Origin: Candidatus Levyibacteriota bacterium | GTDB taxonomy: Bacteria > Patescibacteriota > Microgenomatia > Levybacterales > UBA12049 | Assembly: GCA_027459725.1 (NCBI GenBank) | Contig: DAIDHK010000002.1 | Coordinates: forward strand, 35,752 to 99,751 | Direction: 5' to 3' | DNA: 64,000 nucleotides | Shown here: positions 19,985 through 29,702 of the stretch, in pieces | Position numbering within the stretch: the stretch's first letter is position 1 | Layout of the letters: every line of letters begins with the position of its first letter | Translations under genes and position numbers: made by a program | Notes under the pieces: model-generated | What the model saw: the letters and a program-made list of their open reading frames with translations, nothing else | The model's database searches: none | Told to the model about the DNA's origin: nothing

Positions 19985-20480
19985 CTATAATTCTTTAATC
20001 ATTTTCATATTAAAATCAGGAATATCATCCGGTTTACGGGATGTTACCATCCCTTCATGAACTACTATTTGTTCATCTATCCACTGTGCACCAGCATTGC
20101 GTAAATCAGTTTGCAACAAAGACCAAGAAGTTAATCTGCTACCACGTAATACATTAGCTTCAGCCAGTAACCAAGCTGCATGATAGATCGCAACTACTGG
20201 CTTACCTTTATCAAAAAACTTCAAAACAAATTCTACCACTTTTGGATTCATGCGCGTTCAAGATTCATTGCACCTGGTAGCATCAATGGATCATAATCTG
20301 AAGCATCTAGGTCATCTATGATCATATCTACGTCAAAATCTTTCCACCACTATTTCATATTTCAGACCTTAATTTTACCATCATGTATAGAGATTAATTC
20401 AGATTTTATTTCGTTTTTATTCAGAGCCATACGAGGCTCTTCCAATGGAGCCTGTTCAACACCATCTGTGGCTAAAATAG
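19985..20480 (-). pseudogene. DJ-1/PfpI-family (class I glutamine amidotransferase-like) gene, frameshifted
   Basis: N-terminal piece (20362..20577 ORF: SIAILATDGVEQ...) and C-terminal piece (19985..20251: KPVVAIYHAAWLL...DLRNAGAQWIDE...) are both PfpI-like. The middle segment (VDMIIDDLDASDYDPLMLPGA) is readable only in a third frame. Confidence 0.6.
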
Positions 20481-20642
20481 CTATACTTTCACTCTTTAAT
20501 CGTTGAATCATGGGAAAAATTATAGAAAGAAATAAAAGTTTTGGATAATAGATAACTAAGTTTTTGTAAAAAAGCATTTATACATTTTCTTATATGAATC
20601 CTACTAATTTTTAATAGAATATATACTTAATAGTTTAATAAT

Positions 20643-21236
20643 GTGTCTATTATGACCAAGTTAAATGATTTTAAGAAGATTTACGAGAAAATCAATAGAT
20701 ATATTAACCCACATTATCTGCTCCCACTTCTCTTCATACCATTTATCATGTCAGCAGGTAGTATTTTACTTCCCCAAACTACTAATGCACAAAATACTAA
20801 TTTCCAGGAAATATCTAATTCCATGTTAATTAAACCCTCCCATACACATATAACTTATAATGACAATTTGCCCTCACCCCATAATCCAAATCGAGCAATC
20901 TGGTATCCCGTAACACTAACGAACAGCAACATGAGTTCTTATTATTTTTCTTCCTCGCATAACACTACCTTTTCAGGTACCATAGAAAATTACTCATATA
21001 ATCAACAACATAATGTATTGATTTTGATAAGCATGATTAATAGTAATAATATGACTGTCGCAAAAAAAAGCTGGAAAAATATAAGTCTTGCTCCCTTCCA
21101 AATGTTGAATATCAGACTTACTTCCCCCTTAAATCTAAATAGTGGTAAATATTATGTTAATATAGGAGTTTATACTCCTGAAGGGAGTAAATTACTCGGC
21201 TGGTACCCTCATTATCAAACCTTTATCGTCAGCTAG
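20643..21236 (+). CDS. Secreted hypothetical protein
   Basis: 197 aa. Hydrophobic signal-like segment ending TTNAQ. Confidence 0.45.
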   Translation: MSIMTKLNDFKKIYEKINRYINPHYLLPLLFIPFIMSAGSILLPQTTNAQNTNFQEISNSMLIKPSHTHITYNDNLPSPHNPNRAIWYPVTLTNSNMSSYYFSSSHNTTFSGTIENYSYNQQHNVLILISMINSNNMTVAKKSWKNISLAPFQMLNIRLTSPLNLNSGKYYVNIGVYTPEGSKLLGWYPHYQTFIVS

Positions 21237-21297
21237 TAACTTCATATAACTTAATATATAATTTCTACTTTTTTCTTCTTGCTCAGTTAATTAAACT

Positions 21298-24200
21298 GTG
21301 TACATAATAAATTTAATACTTCAGATTATTATGTGGCATTTAAGATACTTAGTTATAGTTTTCATTTTTAGTCTTTTTTTTCTGTTAAATTCATCTTATG
21401 CATTTGCGACTGATGGATATTTTGTAATTGGAACGGGTGCAGGCGGGGGTGGAGCTGGAGGTTCCACAGGAGCAACCGGAGGTAACGGCGGAAACGCGGA
21501 TGTAACTATAAACCTAGCCACTAGTTCAGCAAATAATGTAATTTTTGGCAACGGAAGTGGCGGTGGGGCAGGTGGCAGATCTATTGGGTTCACCCCGGAT
21601 GTACGTGGGGGACATGGGGGTAGTGGCAATAACACACTTATAGGGGGATCTGGCAATGATATAATTTTCGGCCACGGATTTAATGGCAGAGACACCTCAG
21701 ATGGAGCATATTTTGCTGGCAATGGGGGTCTGGGTGGAGGAGGAGGCGGTGGTGGCGGCGGTGGATTTGGTATTTCTCCAGGTGGTGCAGGAGGTGGTAT
21801 ATGTGGGGGTGGTGGCGGAGCAGGGACTGATAACGGTGGCGGCGGTGGAATTCTAGTTACATGTAATGGAGCTAATATAGGAGGTAATGCCAATTACAGC
21901 TATGGTGGTAATGGAGGAAACTCTGGATATGATTGGCTAAACAGCCAGGGACTGGGTGGTACATATTCTAGCTACAATGGAGGAGGAGGAGGAGGATTTG
22001 GAGGAGCTACAGGAGGAACCGGATCTACCCCAGCAGGTAATGGTGACACCAAACAACACTGGTACTATGATGCGAATGGTTTAATTTATAAATACTTTAC
22101 TTTATCTGTATTACAGAACATTATGACCAACTACCCTAATTATGGTACTGGAAGCGCCACCATTAACGGTAAAGGAGGAAGTAATGAATTATATGGGCTT
22201 GGTACTGACACTACATTTATTATTGATTCAGCTGATAATGCAACTCAGGATAGAATTTGGGATTTTCATGGTAACGATAAACTATTGTTAGAAACAAATG
22301 GTCAAACAGTGGCAACTGTTGACGTAAATCATATAGTTTCAGGTGCTACTACTGGCGATTATGGATCAGGCGTCGCCAACAATGATACTCAATTTACTTT
22401 TGGAAATACCACAGTTGATCTGATAGGAGTAACATATTCTTTAAGCGCTAGTCCTAATGGAACTGTTAATGCAGTTAACCATCCTCCTACTATCTCATTA
22501 AATAGTACACCCTTAGCTTATACTCCTAGTGCAAGTGCAACTCAACTTGACTCTTCCGGATCTGTCAATGATCCAGACGGAGATAGCAACTGGAATGGTG
22601 GAACGCTGGTGGCCCAAATAACATCTAACTCCATTAGCCAAGACACATTATCCCTAAGCGGGACTAATATTTCCATAGATGGGACGATATTGAAATATAA
22701 TGGTAACCCTGTTGGTGCTATCTATCCCAGTGGCGGTTCTGTAACTGGCAATGGAATATTAACCTTAACTTTTGATAGTGGGGCTACTAATGCCATTGTC
22801 CAGGATATGTTGCAAAATATACGATTTTATACAAATACAGCTGGAACTTATAATCGCATTGTGACTGTGACTGCAACCGATTATGCGGGTGCATCTGCAT
22901 CGGCATACCGGGAAGTCGATGTTGCCGGCGCAGGATCTATTACACTTTATACAGTAAACGCAAATGCCGCTGTAGGAGGCTCAATAAGTCCCACTAGCTG
23001 GAATGTTGTTAGCGGCAGTACTTATCAGTTCAGTATCACACCATCCACTGGATATAGTATCGGCTCTGTGACAGGCTGTAGCGGCTCAATCAGTGGTAAT
23101 ACATATACCACAGGAAATATAGGCTCAGCCTGTGACATTTCAGCCAGCTTTACCCCCAATACTTACACTATGGATTTCAACAGCCAAGGAGGCAATTCTG
23201 TGAGCTCTATCTCTCAAGGTTACAATTCATCATTGACATTGCCAAGCGCTACAAAAGGGGGTTACACATTGTCTAGCTGGAATACAGCCCCAGACGGTAG
23301 TTTAACTTCGTACTCTCCTGGATCAAGCATCAATATGCCCTATAATGGAATTACTCTTTACGCACAATGGGTCATCGAAAATACATCTTCCAACAGCAGC
23401 TCATCAAGTAATAATTCAAATTCCATTAATAGTACTAATCCACCTGCATGTTCTGAAGCCATTCCTACCGGCACTCCTAATATTTATGAATTGAATCCCA
23501 CCACTAATTCAGTAATACTGTATTTTACTCCTGTTTCGAATGCTAATAGTTATTATATTCGCTATGGGACTGATTCCAGCGAGAATCAATTTGCTACTTC
23601 ATTTTCTGATTCAGATCATAGTGGTGCGGTGAGTTTTACCATAAACGATTTGCTACCTGGTTTAACATATTATTTTTCTGTCAGAGGTGGAAATGGCTGC
23701 GCACCAGGAGATTGGTCAACTACATCTTCAGTACGAACAACTTCTATTCAAAGTCTTTCTACCGGGCTATCGGCTAGTCCATCAAATGTCATTCCCACTC
23801 CCGATCAAAACAAAAAAATCAATATTGTTTCTGAAAAGCTGACGACTCAACCCTCAAGTGTTTGTTCATATACTGTACAGTCCGGAGATAGCTTGTGGGA
23901 AATTGCTCAAAATAAACTCAACAATGGTACTCAATACCAAATCTTGGAAAAATTAAATAATTTAACTTCACCTTTAATCTCTTCCGGGCAAGTTTTAAAA
24001 TTACCATGTAATAATCAGCCACAAACATTAGTCCAGGCACAAAATGAAATAAAGCAAACAGGTATAGATTTAAATGTTCAGGTTTTGAGTATGGCTGGTA
24101 CTCCAATGTCAGGTGTCTGGGTAACTCTTCATTCCAAGGTACAGAAAGCCTTAACTGATAAAAACGGAGTTGCACACTTTATAAATATAGATACTGGTCA

Positions 24201-24426
24201 CCATCAGGTAATATTGGCTTACAATGGATTTAACGGTGAACAAAATATTTCTATTACCGGTAAACAAAAACAACAGACTTTAACATTAAGAGTACAGCTA
24301 AATAATACAACACTAACACCTTATGTATGGGGTTTGATAGGCGCTCTAATATCTATAATAATTGTTTTAGTATTAATAATATTCTTACTTTTTAAGAAAA
24401 AACACAAAACTAAAAAGATTGAGTAA
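21298..24426 (+). CDS. Large multi-domain cell-surface protein (Gly-rich RTX-like repeats, InlB B-repeats, Fn3-like, LysM, C-terminal TM anchor)
   Basis: 1042 aa. Signal peptide. About 200 codons of GGxGG repeats including the RTX-like nonapeptide GGSGNDIIFG. A divergent InlB B-repeat (VNANAAVGGSISP...GYSIGSVTGC) and a Listeria-Bacteroides repeat (GYTLSSWNTAPDGS...TLYAQW). LysM (YTVQSGDSLWEIAQ...). C-terminal helix LIGALISIIIVLVLIIFLLFKKKHK. Confidence 0.75.
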   Translation: MYIINLILQIIMWHLRYLVIVFIFSLFFLLNSSYAFATDGYFVIGTGAGGGGAGGSTGATGGNGGNADVTINLATSSANNVIFGNGSGGGAGGRSIGFTPDVRGGHGGSGNNTLIGGSGNDIIFGHGFNGRDTSDGAYFAGNGGLGGGGGGGGGGGFGISPGGAGGGICGGGGGAGTDNGGGGGILVTCNGANIGGNANYSYGGNGGNSGYDWLNSQGLGGTYSSYNGGGGGGFGGATGGTGSTPAGNGDTKQHWYYDANGLIYKYFTLSVLQNIMTNYPNYGTGSATINGKGGSNELYGLGTDTTFIIDSADNATQDRIWDFHGNDKLLLETNGQTVATVDVNHIVSGATTGDYGSGVANNDTQFTFGNTTVDLIGVTYSLSASPNGTVNAVNHPPTISLNSTPLAYTPSASATQLDSSGSVNDPDGDSNWNGGTLVAQITSNSISQDTLSLSGTNISIDGTILKYNGNPVGAIYPSGGSVTGNGILTLTFDSGATNAIVQDMLQNIRFYTNTAGTYNRIVTVTATDYAGASASAYREVDVAGAGSITLYTVNANAAVGGSISPTSWNVVSGSTYQFSITPSTGYSIGSVTGCSGSISGNTYTTGNIGSACDISASFTPNTYTMDFNSQGGNSVSSISQGYNSSLTLPSATKGGYTLSSWNTAPDGSLTSYSPGSSINMPYNGITLYAQWVIENTSSNSSSSSNNSNSINSTNPPACSEAIPTGTPNIYELNPTTNSVILYFTPVSNANSYYIRYGTDSSENQFATSFSDSDHSGAVSFTINDLLPGLTYYFSVRGGNGCAPGDWSTTSSVRTTSIQSLSTGLSASPSNVIPTPDQNKKINIVSEKLTTQPSSVCSYTVQSGDSLWEIAQNKLNNGTQYQILEKLNNLTSPLISSGQVLKLPCNNQPQTLVQAQNEIKQTGIDLNVQVLSMAGTPMSGVWVTLHSKVQKALTDKNGVAHFINIDTGHHQVILAYNGFNGEQNISITGKQKQQTLTLRVQLNNTTLTPYVWGLIGALISIIIVLVLIIFLLFKKKHKTKKIE
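21430..22030 (+). repeat. GGN codon-repeat tract (poly-Gly coding) inside the surface-protein gene
   Basis: Runs of ggt/ggc/gga/ggg codons. It is locally GC-rich and strand-asymmetric, and it creates a spurious Pro-rich antisense ORF. Confidence 0.7.
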
Positions 24427-24497
24427 ACTTGGTGATGAAACTTTGTTGTACTTTGACAGAAAAATCTCCTTATATTCTGTTAAACTATACATTCGTA

Positions 24498-25037
24498 ATG
24501 AAAAAAATCTTAGCACACTACTGGCGTTATTTGAGGCTTCCCAAACATATTCAATTCTTTATTATGCGTTTTTTAAATGATGAGTTTTTAGTAGGAGTAA
24601 TAGCCGTCATTTTTAATAATAAAAATCAAATTTTGCTACTAGAACATACATATAGACAAACTCCTTGGAGCCTGCCTGGAGGATATCTAAAAGCAGGTGA
24701 ACATCCTAAAGAAGGTGCTGAACGTGAGATTCGGGAAGAAACAAGTATGAAAGTAAAAGTGGATAAGTTACTGGAGACTTCTACGGACCCGCAGACTGCA
24801 CGATTAGAAATAAGTTGTTATGGTAAATTTATTTCAGGTAAATTCAAACCATCAGATGAGGTAATAAATTTTGGCTTTTTTGATTACGATAGTCTGCCCA
24901 TGATTGGCAAAAGACAAAAAAAGTTAATTGAAAAAGCTATGCGATATAGTAACAGATCAGTACGTTTAAGCAAAAAACAACAACTCAAGAAGATATTACT
25001 AAACAGTTTTTATAAGGTATTCTCCAATATCCACTAA
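24498..25037 (+). CDS. NUDIX hydrolase (start uncertain; track ORF begins at TTG 24429)
   Basis: Nudix box LPGGYLKAGEHPKEGAEREIREETSMKV. Confidence 0.65.
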   Translation: MKKILAHYWRYLRLPKHIQFFIMRFLNDEFLVGVIAVIFNNKNQILLLEHTYRQTPWSLPGGYLKAGEHPKEGAEREIREETSMKVKVDKLLETSTDPQTARLEISCYGKFISGKFKPSDEVINFGFFDYDSLPMIGKRQKKLIEKAMRYSNRSVRLSKKQQLKKILLNSFYKVFSNIH

Positions 25038-25041
25038 TGAA

Positions 25042-26466
25042 TTATTTAAAACTAGATAACTCTCCCCAACGCTTACCGGTCTTAACTTCAACAACTAATG
25101 GAACAGCCAAAGGATAAACACAACAAAGAACATCTTTTATTTCATTAATTACTTTCTTCATTCTGTGATTATCCTTCTCAGGGATTTCAAATACCAAATC
25201 GTCATGAATCTGAAGTAGCAAAAAAACATCTGGATATATATCTAGAATCTTTTCTTGGACATCCACCATAGCTTTTTTCATGAGATCAGCTGCAGATCCT
25301 TGTACCGGGTAATTCATTAATACACGTCTCATATTGTTACTGATAAATTTCTGACCAGGAAATTCGAAGACATAGCGTCGACGGCCAAGCAATGTTTCGA
25401 CTACTCCATTGAGTTTCGCATTTTTTAAGTACTCATCATAGTATGTCTTGATACTGGGATAAGAGATATAAAAATTTTTAATAAACTGTGCCGCATCAGC
25501 TTCGGAAATATGTAATCCTGTACTCATCCCGTAGCTACTCATACCATAAATGATGCCAAAATTAATTGTTTTACCAACTGCTCTTTGTTGCTTGGAGACC
25601 TGTTCGTAAGAAATATTAAATAATTTGCTGGCTGTCAGTGTATGTACGTCTTGGTTATTTTTAAATGCTTTAATTAATTCTTTTTCATCTGCTAAATGCG
25701 CCAGAACTCTTAACTCCTGCTGTGAATAATCAAAAGAGACTAAATTCATTCCCTCGGAAGCAACAAAACATGATTTTATTTCCAGTCCAATCGGAGAAGA
25801 TACAGGAATATTTTGCAGATTCGGATTAGATGAAGCTAAACGGCCAGTGTTTACATAAACCTGGTTATATGTAGTATGCACACGATCATTTTGATCTGTT
25901 TTTGTTATTAAACTTTCTACGTAAGTCGATCTTAGCTTAGTTAATTCTCGATAACTCAGTATATGTGAGATTATAGCAAACTGATCATTATATAATGATA
26001 ATTCTGATTCATTGGTTGCATATTTGCCCGTTTTAGTCTTACCTAATGGCACTCCGACTTTTTCAACCAAAAAATGTCCCAACTGAATAGGTGAATTAAT
26101 ATTTAATCCCCCACCTGTTTGCTTATTAATCTCTTCTTCTAAGTCTAAGATCATTCCCTCAATCTCTTTTCCAACTTGCTTTAATTGTTTGGTATTAAGT
26201 AGTATTCCTCGTTGCTCCATCTTAAATAGAACTTTAGCTAGAGGCATTTCAATCTTATTAAATAATTTTTTAAGTTGAGAATTTTTGTCAAGTAGTTGTT
26301 CTTGAACACGAGCCAATTCCAATAAGTTATCAACTTTGTATTTTTTAAAGGTTTCTTCTTGAGTACCAATAGAATGACCATCACTAAGCAAAGCCTCGGC
26401 AATATAGCAATCAAAGTTTGCCGAAAAATCTTTGGAAGTTTTGCTATCCCAGATTGGTTTAAGCAT
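25042..26466 (-). CDS. polA: DNA polymerase I, polymerase domain only (no 5'-3' exo and no complete 3'-5' exo domain)
   Basis: 474 aa. Begins near the ExoIII-like DCYIAEAL motif, followed by IEMPLAKVLFKMEQRGI. Family-A motifs RRxxK (RAVGKTINFGIIYG), QIHDDLVFE and YPVQGSAAD are present. An in-frame TGA lies 8 codons upstream of the ATG. Confidence 0.8.
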   Translation of the reverse strand: MLKPIWDSKTSKDFSANFDCYIAEALLSDGHSIGTQEETFKKYKVDNLLELARVQEQLLDKNSQLKKLFNKIEMPLAKVLFKMEQRGILLNTKQLKQVGKEIEGMILDLEEEINKQTGGGLNINSPIQLGHFLVEKVGVPLGKTKTGKYATNESELSLYNDQFAIISHILSYRELTKLRSTYVESLITKTDQNDRVHTTYNQVYVNTGRLASSNPNLQNIPVSSPIGLEIKSCFVASEGMNLVSFDYSQQELRVLAHLADEKELIKAFKNNQDVHTLTASKLFNISYEQVSKQQRAVGKTINFGIIYGMSSYGMSTGLHISEADAAQFIKNFYISYPSIKTYYDEYLKNAKLNGVVETLLGRRRYVFEFPGQKFISNNMRRVLMNYPVQGSAADLMKKAMVDVQEKILDIYPDVFLLLQIHDDLVFEIPEKDNHRMKKVINEIKDVLCCVYPLAVPLVVEVKTGKRWGELSSFK

Positions 26467-26509
26467 CTTGCCGTTAGTATAGCGAAATCAAATGGGTTTG
26501 CCAATTATC

Positions 26510-27060
26510 TTCTGCTTTGTAATTGAGCCAAGCGCTGTGAAGCTCTTGTTACTGCCCGATCTGAGGTATAATATCCTAAAGTTTTTAGGATATTCTCTTC
26601 TAGAGTTTTACGTGGTTTAACGGTTAATTCTTTTACCACCTTATTACCAGGATTTATTTCCTCATTTTCCTGCAATTGAACCTGTTACAACTAATTTACT
26701 TATTCCCTCCTCACCCGCAGTACGCAATAAATTTAAAATTACTTCCACATTTATTCTGCAAGCAGCATCTCTATCTATAAGATTTAAACGGCAACTGGAT
26801 TGATTATTACTCCATCTTTACCCACCTCGTGGGCAAATCTATTCAAACTTTCACTATCACTTAAGTCTCCCTGAACAAAACGAATATAGGGATATTAGCT
26901 GGATGGAAACAATTTCATTGTTTCAGTAGGATCACGCACAAGAGCTACAATTTCAGTTTGGGGAGTGTAGTCTGCATATCATGTAATCTCTGCTCCAATT
27001 CCGCCTGTTACTCAAGTAAGTCCCAATCTGACTGGCAAATAAAAACCTGTCTATAAATAT
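26510..27060 (-). pseudogene. Decayed NAD-dependent epimerase/dehydratase (SDR) gene
   Basis: Manual translation of the minus strand gives SDR pieces in three frames. They are TGGIGAEI (Rossmann), YPYIRFVQGDLSDSESLNRFAHEVGKDGVII, NVEVILNLLRTAGEEGISKLVVTGSIAG and the C-terminal KELTVKPRKTLEENILKTLGYY, separated by stops and frameshifts. Confidence 0.6.
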
Positions 27061-27158
27061 GACGATTTTGGAAAAATCTGAGCATATTAATTCATCGTTA
27101 CTTAAATTTCGTATAGAATACTGCCCTTCATTAACTTAATTTCTATGTTTACTGATTT

Positions 27159-28736
27159 TTATTGAGCTATGCCTGATATGATATAAAGTGTAATGGCACG
27201 TAAAGATGTACCGTAGTAACCAGTCGGAGAGTTATTGATTAAATTAGTCAAACTTTGTTGTGCGTATGTTGAGCTCGGATTTACTTGACCGGCAGCCGCA
27301 TATGCTGCTATAAAAGTTGTATCTAAATAGGAAGTTAAAGGTTGCCCTGAAAGTGTATACCCACTCTTAAGATTGGACATTCCGACCTTACTGAAAAAAT
27401 TTGCTTGTTTCTGTAAGACATTTTCAGCATTTGGGTCGCCGTTTGATTTGTAATCCAATAATAAACGAATTGGTGTCCTTACAGCATCGTAATAAAAGTC
27501 ATTAGTATATTGATCAAAAGAAATATTGGCATTGGAAAAATTGCTATTTAACCAATCTGGTAACAATCCAGTGGAGCTATTGGCAGCTTGATTTAGCCAG
27601 GAACTGGTGGCATTTGCAATGGAATTCCACTGGCTATCACCACTGATCTGTGCAAAAGCACGATAATATGATGGTTCTAAATAAGAAGGATTTATTACGT
27701 CCGTTTGACCCCAGTTGTCACCAGGATTTAGATAGTTACCATTGATCAATTCAGTCGATTTCATATGTGTGATGAGATTACGTGCGGCGTTGTCATAACC
27801 ATTGCCCGGCCATTTAGAGTTCGCTTTAATCAAAGCATAAGTCATATCCTCATCTGCATCAGTTGCAGATCCCTGTCCTATGACATTACCATTTTGATCA
27901 ATATCCCAATTCATCAGACCTTTACCATCCATATATTTTTGTCCATACGCCCAAAGTCCATCAAATGTTGATTTATCCCCTGCAAACGCACTTAGCAACA
28001 TACCATAGCCTATCCCCTCACTCACTGTATCGTTGTTATTTTCAGGTCTAACCACTCGGAACATCCCAGAACTTACTGGTCTAACATATATTGATTTCCA
28101 TTGACTGTATGCACTTTGGGCAGCATTGTAAGCAGACAAATTAATATTTACCGCTTGTGGTGAAGAAGTAGGTGTAGAAGCAACTATTGTAGGCATAACT
28201 GCAGGATTACTAGCTACAGGAGTAGGGGTTAAATTAGATGGAGATGCGCTTGTTGTTAAACTCGTGGAAGGCTGCGTAACTACAGGACCGCATGCAGAAA
28301 AAATGGTAACAGTGGAAAGATTGGAAAACCAAGCGTAATTGCTTGACCAATTAGAGTTGAATAAACCAGCTTCAATAGTATATGTACCAGCTGGCAAAAC
28401 AGTAGTAGTTACCGAGTATGTGGTTCCTCCTGCTATACTAAATGCTTGAAATGATTTCTGGTGAGAAGAATTGTATAGTTCAATATCAATAATATTACCT
28501 TGAGGAACAGATTGTGAAAAAGTTAATGTTATATCAAGAGTGTTAGAAGTCGGAGCGGTTGTAGAGATCTGTGGAGGAGTCGTCGAAGCAGCAGAAGATA
28601 TAGGAATACGAATTAAAACGCCCGCGGATAAAATAAATAAACTTAAAAGGCCAGACAGAATAAATTTTCTCGGTCTTACTGTTTTCATAGGCAGAGAACA
28701 GAATATACCAGACGAAAAAAACATTGTCAAAGTCAA
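27159..28736 (-). CDS. Secreted glycoside hydrolase family 8 (endoglucanase/chitosanase-type)
   Basis: 525 aa. Signal/TM N-terminus and an S/T/P-rich linker. GH8 signatures TVSEGIGYGM and ATDADEDMTYALIKANSKW. Confidence 0.7.
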   Translation of the reverse strand: MTLTMFFSSGIFCSLPMKTVRPRKFILSGLLSLFILSAGVLIRIPISSAASTTPPQISTTAPTSNTLDITLTFSQSVPQGNIIDIELYNSSHQKSFQAFSIAGGTTYSVTTTVLPAGTYTIEAGLFNSNWSSNYAWFSNLSTVTIFSACGPVVTQPSTSLTTSASPSNLTPTPVASNPAVMPTIVASTPTSSPQAVNINLSAYNAAQSAYSQWKSIYVRPVSSGMFRVVRPENNNDTVSEGIGYGMLLSAFAGDKSTFDGLWAYGQKYMDGKGLMNWDIDQNGNVIGQGSATDADEDMTYALIKANSKWPGNGYDNAARNLITHMKSTELINGNYLNPGDNWGQTDVINPSYLEPSYYRAFAQISGDSQWNSIANATSSWLNQAANSSTGLLPDWLNSNFSNANISFDQYTNDFYYDAVRTPIRLLLDYKSNGDPNAENVLQKQANFFSKVGMSNLKSGYTLSGQPLTSYLDTTFIAAYAAAGQVNPSSTYAQQSLTNLINNSPTGYYGTSLRAITLYIISGIAQ

Positions 28737-28781
28737 CTGTTAGAATTTAAGTATAATATTGTAATAATAGTGTAAAAACAT

Positions 28782-29702
28782 TTAGTTCTTTGCCGATAAA
28801 ATTCTCCTTTGTAAATTTCTTTCCATGTATAAAACTTCTGGGGGGATCTGATCTTCTCTGATTATTCCTTTGGGATAAAGAATAAAATTACGATCGTGCG
28901 CTGTATGTCTTGTTGTATTAAGCATAACTGGATACATAGTATCAAAATATTGTTCTCTATCTTGATCAAGCAAGACTTGTGCTGAAACAGCAGATGAAGA
29001 TCCTTTTTTTATAGCCAAAATAGTACTTTTTTTTAGTCCTTCATTAATTCCTAAATCATAGCCTAAATTTGACAGACGACACGAAAAAAGGTCATGCGGA
29101 AGATAATTTTTATCTTTAGAATATTCCGTATCGGTTGTCCCTCGAAAAGTAGATTTAAAAATTCCTCCAGATACTAGTTTCCTATCTATCATGTCAATTG
29201 CTCGACTCGGATCAATACTATAAGCAATAGAAAATAGTGCTATTACTCCCCCCACGGAGTCATCAGCAATTCCTTCTAAAAGCTCTACCGATGTCAACTT
29301 CACATTCTCACTTCCCAGACCTTCATCTGAATCAAAAAGTGAGTGATATGCAAGATTAGTTGCTTTAAATTTTAATCCTTGTCCTTCTTTCGATCGAGAT
29401 ATAGCAGCAATTCCACGTGTTACACCAGCACCTATATCTAACACCACGTTACTGAAGGGATTATGTTTGACATAATTCAAAAAAAGACTTAATCCACCTA
29501 AATCTGCAATATAACTTTCTTCGTCTCTTGCTCTATTAAATAAACTTTTTCGCTCTAACGTTCTTACCATGCTCAATTGTTTTGCTAAAACTTTTCTTTC
29601 GTATGAGTATTTTATATGATATGGATCACCACTTAATGATTCTGTCATTATTTTGTTTTGTTCTATATCTAGACTATGACAAATAAAGATTAATCTTAAC
29701 AA
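28782..29702 (-). CDS. Class I SAM-dependent methyltransferase (substrate unknown)
   Basis: 306 aa. Motif I VLDIGAGVTRG. No DPPY/NPPY DNA-methyltransferase motif seen. Confidence 0.5.
   Translation of the reverse strand: MLRLIFICHSLDIEQNKIMTESLSGDPYHIKYSYERKVLAKQLSMVRTLERKSLFNRARDEESYIADLGGLSLFLNYVKHNPFSNVVLDIGAGVTRGIAAISRSKEGQGLKFKATNLAYHSLFDSDEGLGSENVKLTSVELLEGIADDSVGGVIALFSIAYSIDPSRAIDMIDRKLVSGGIFKSTFRGTTDTEYSKDKNYLPHDLFSCRLSNLGYDLGINEGLKKSTILAIKKGSSSAVSAQVLLDQDREQYFDTMYPVMLNTTRHTAHDRNFILYPKGIIREDQIPPEVLYMERNLQRRILSAKN

Noticed and set aside
21396-21893. 165-aa Pro-rich ORF on the minus strand
   Set aside because: It is the reverse complement of the GGN (Gly) codon repeats of the surface-protein gene, so it is a compositional artefact.
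26238-26504. 88-aa minus ORF overlapping the polA start
   Set aside because: Alternative frame over the polA N-terminus and the epimerase remnant, with no motifs.
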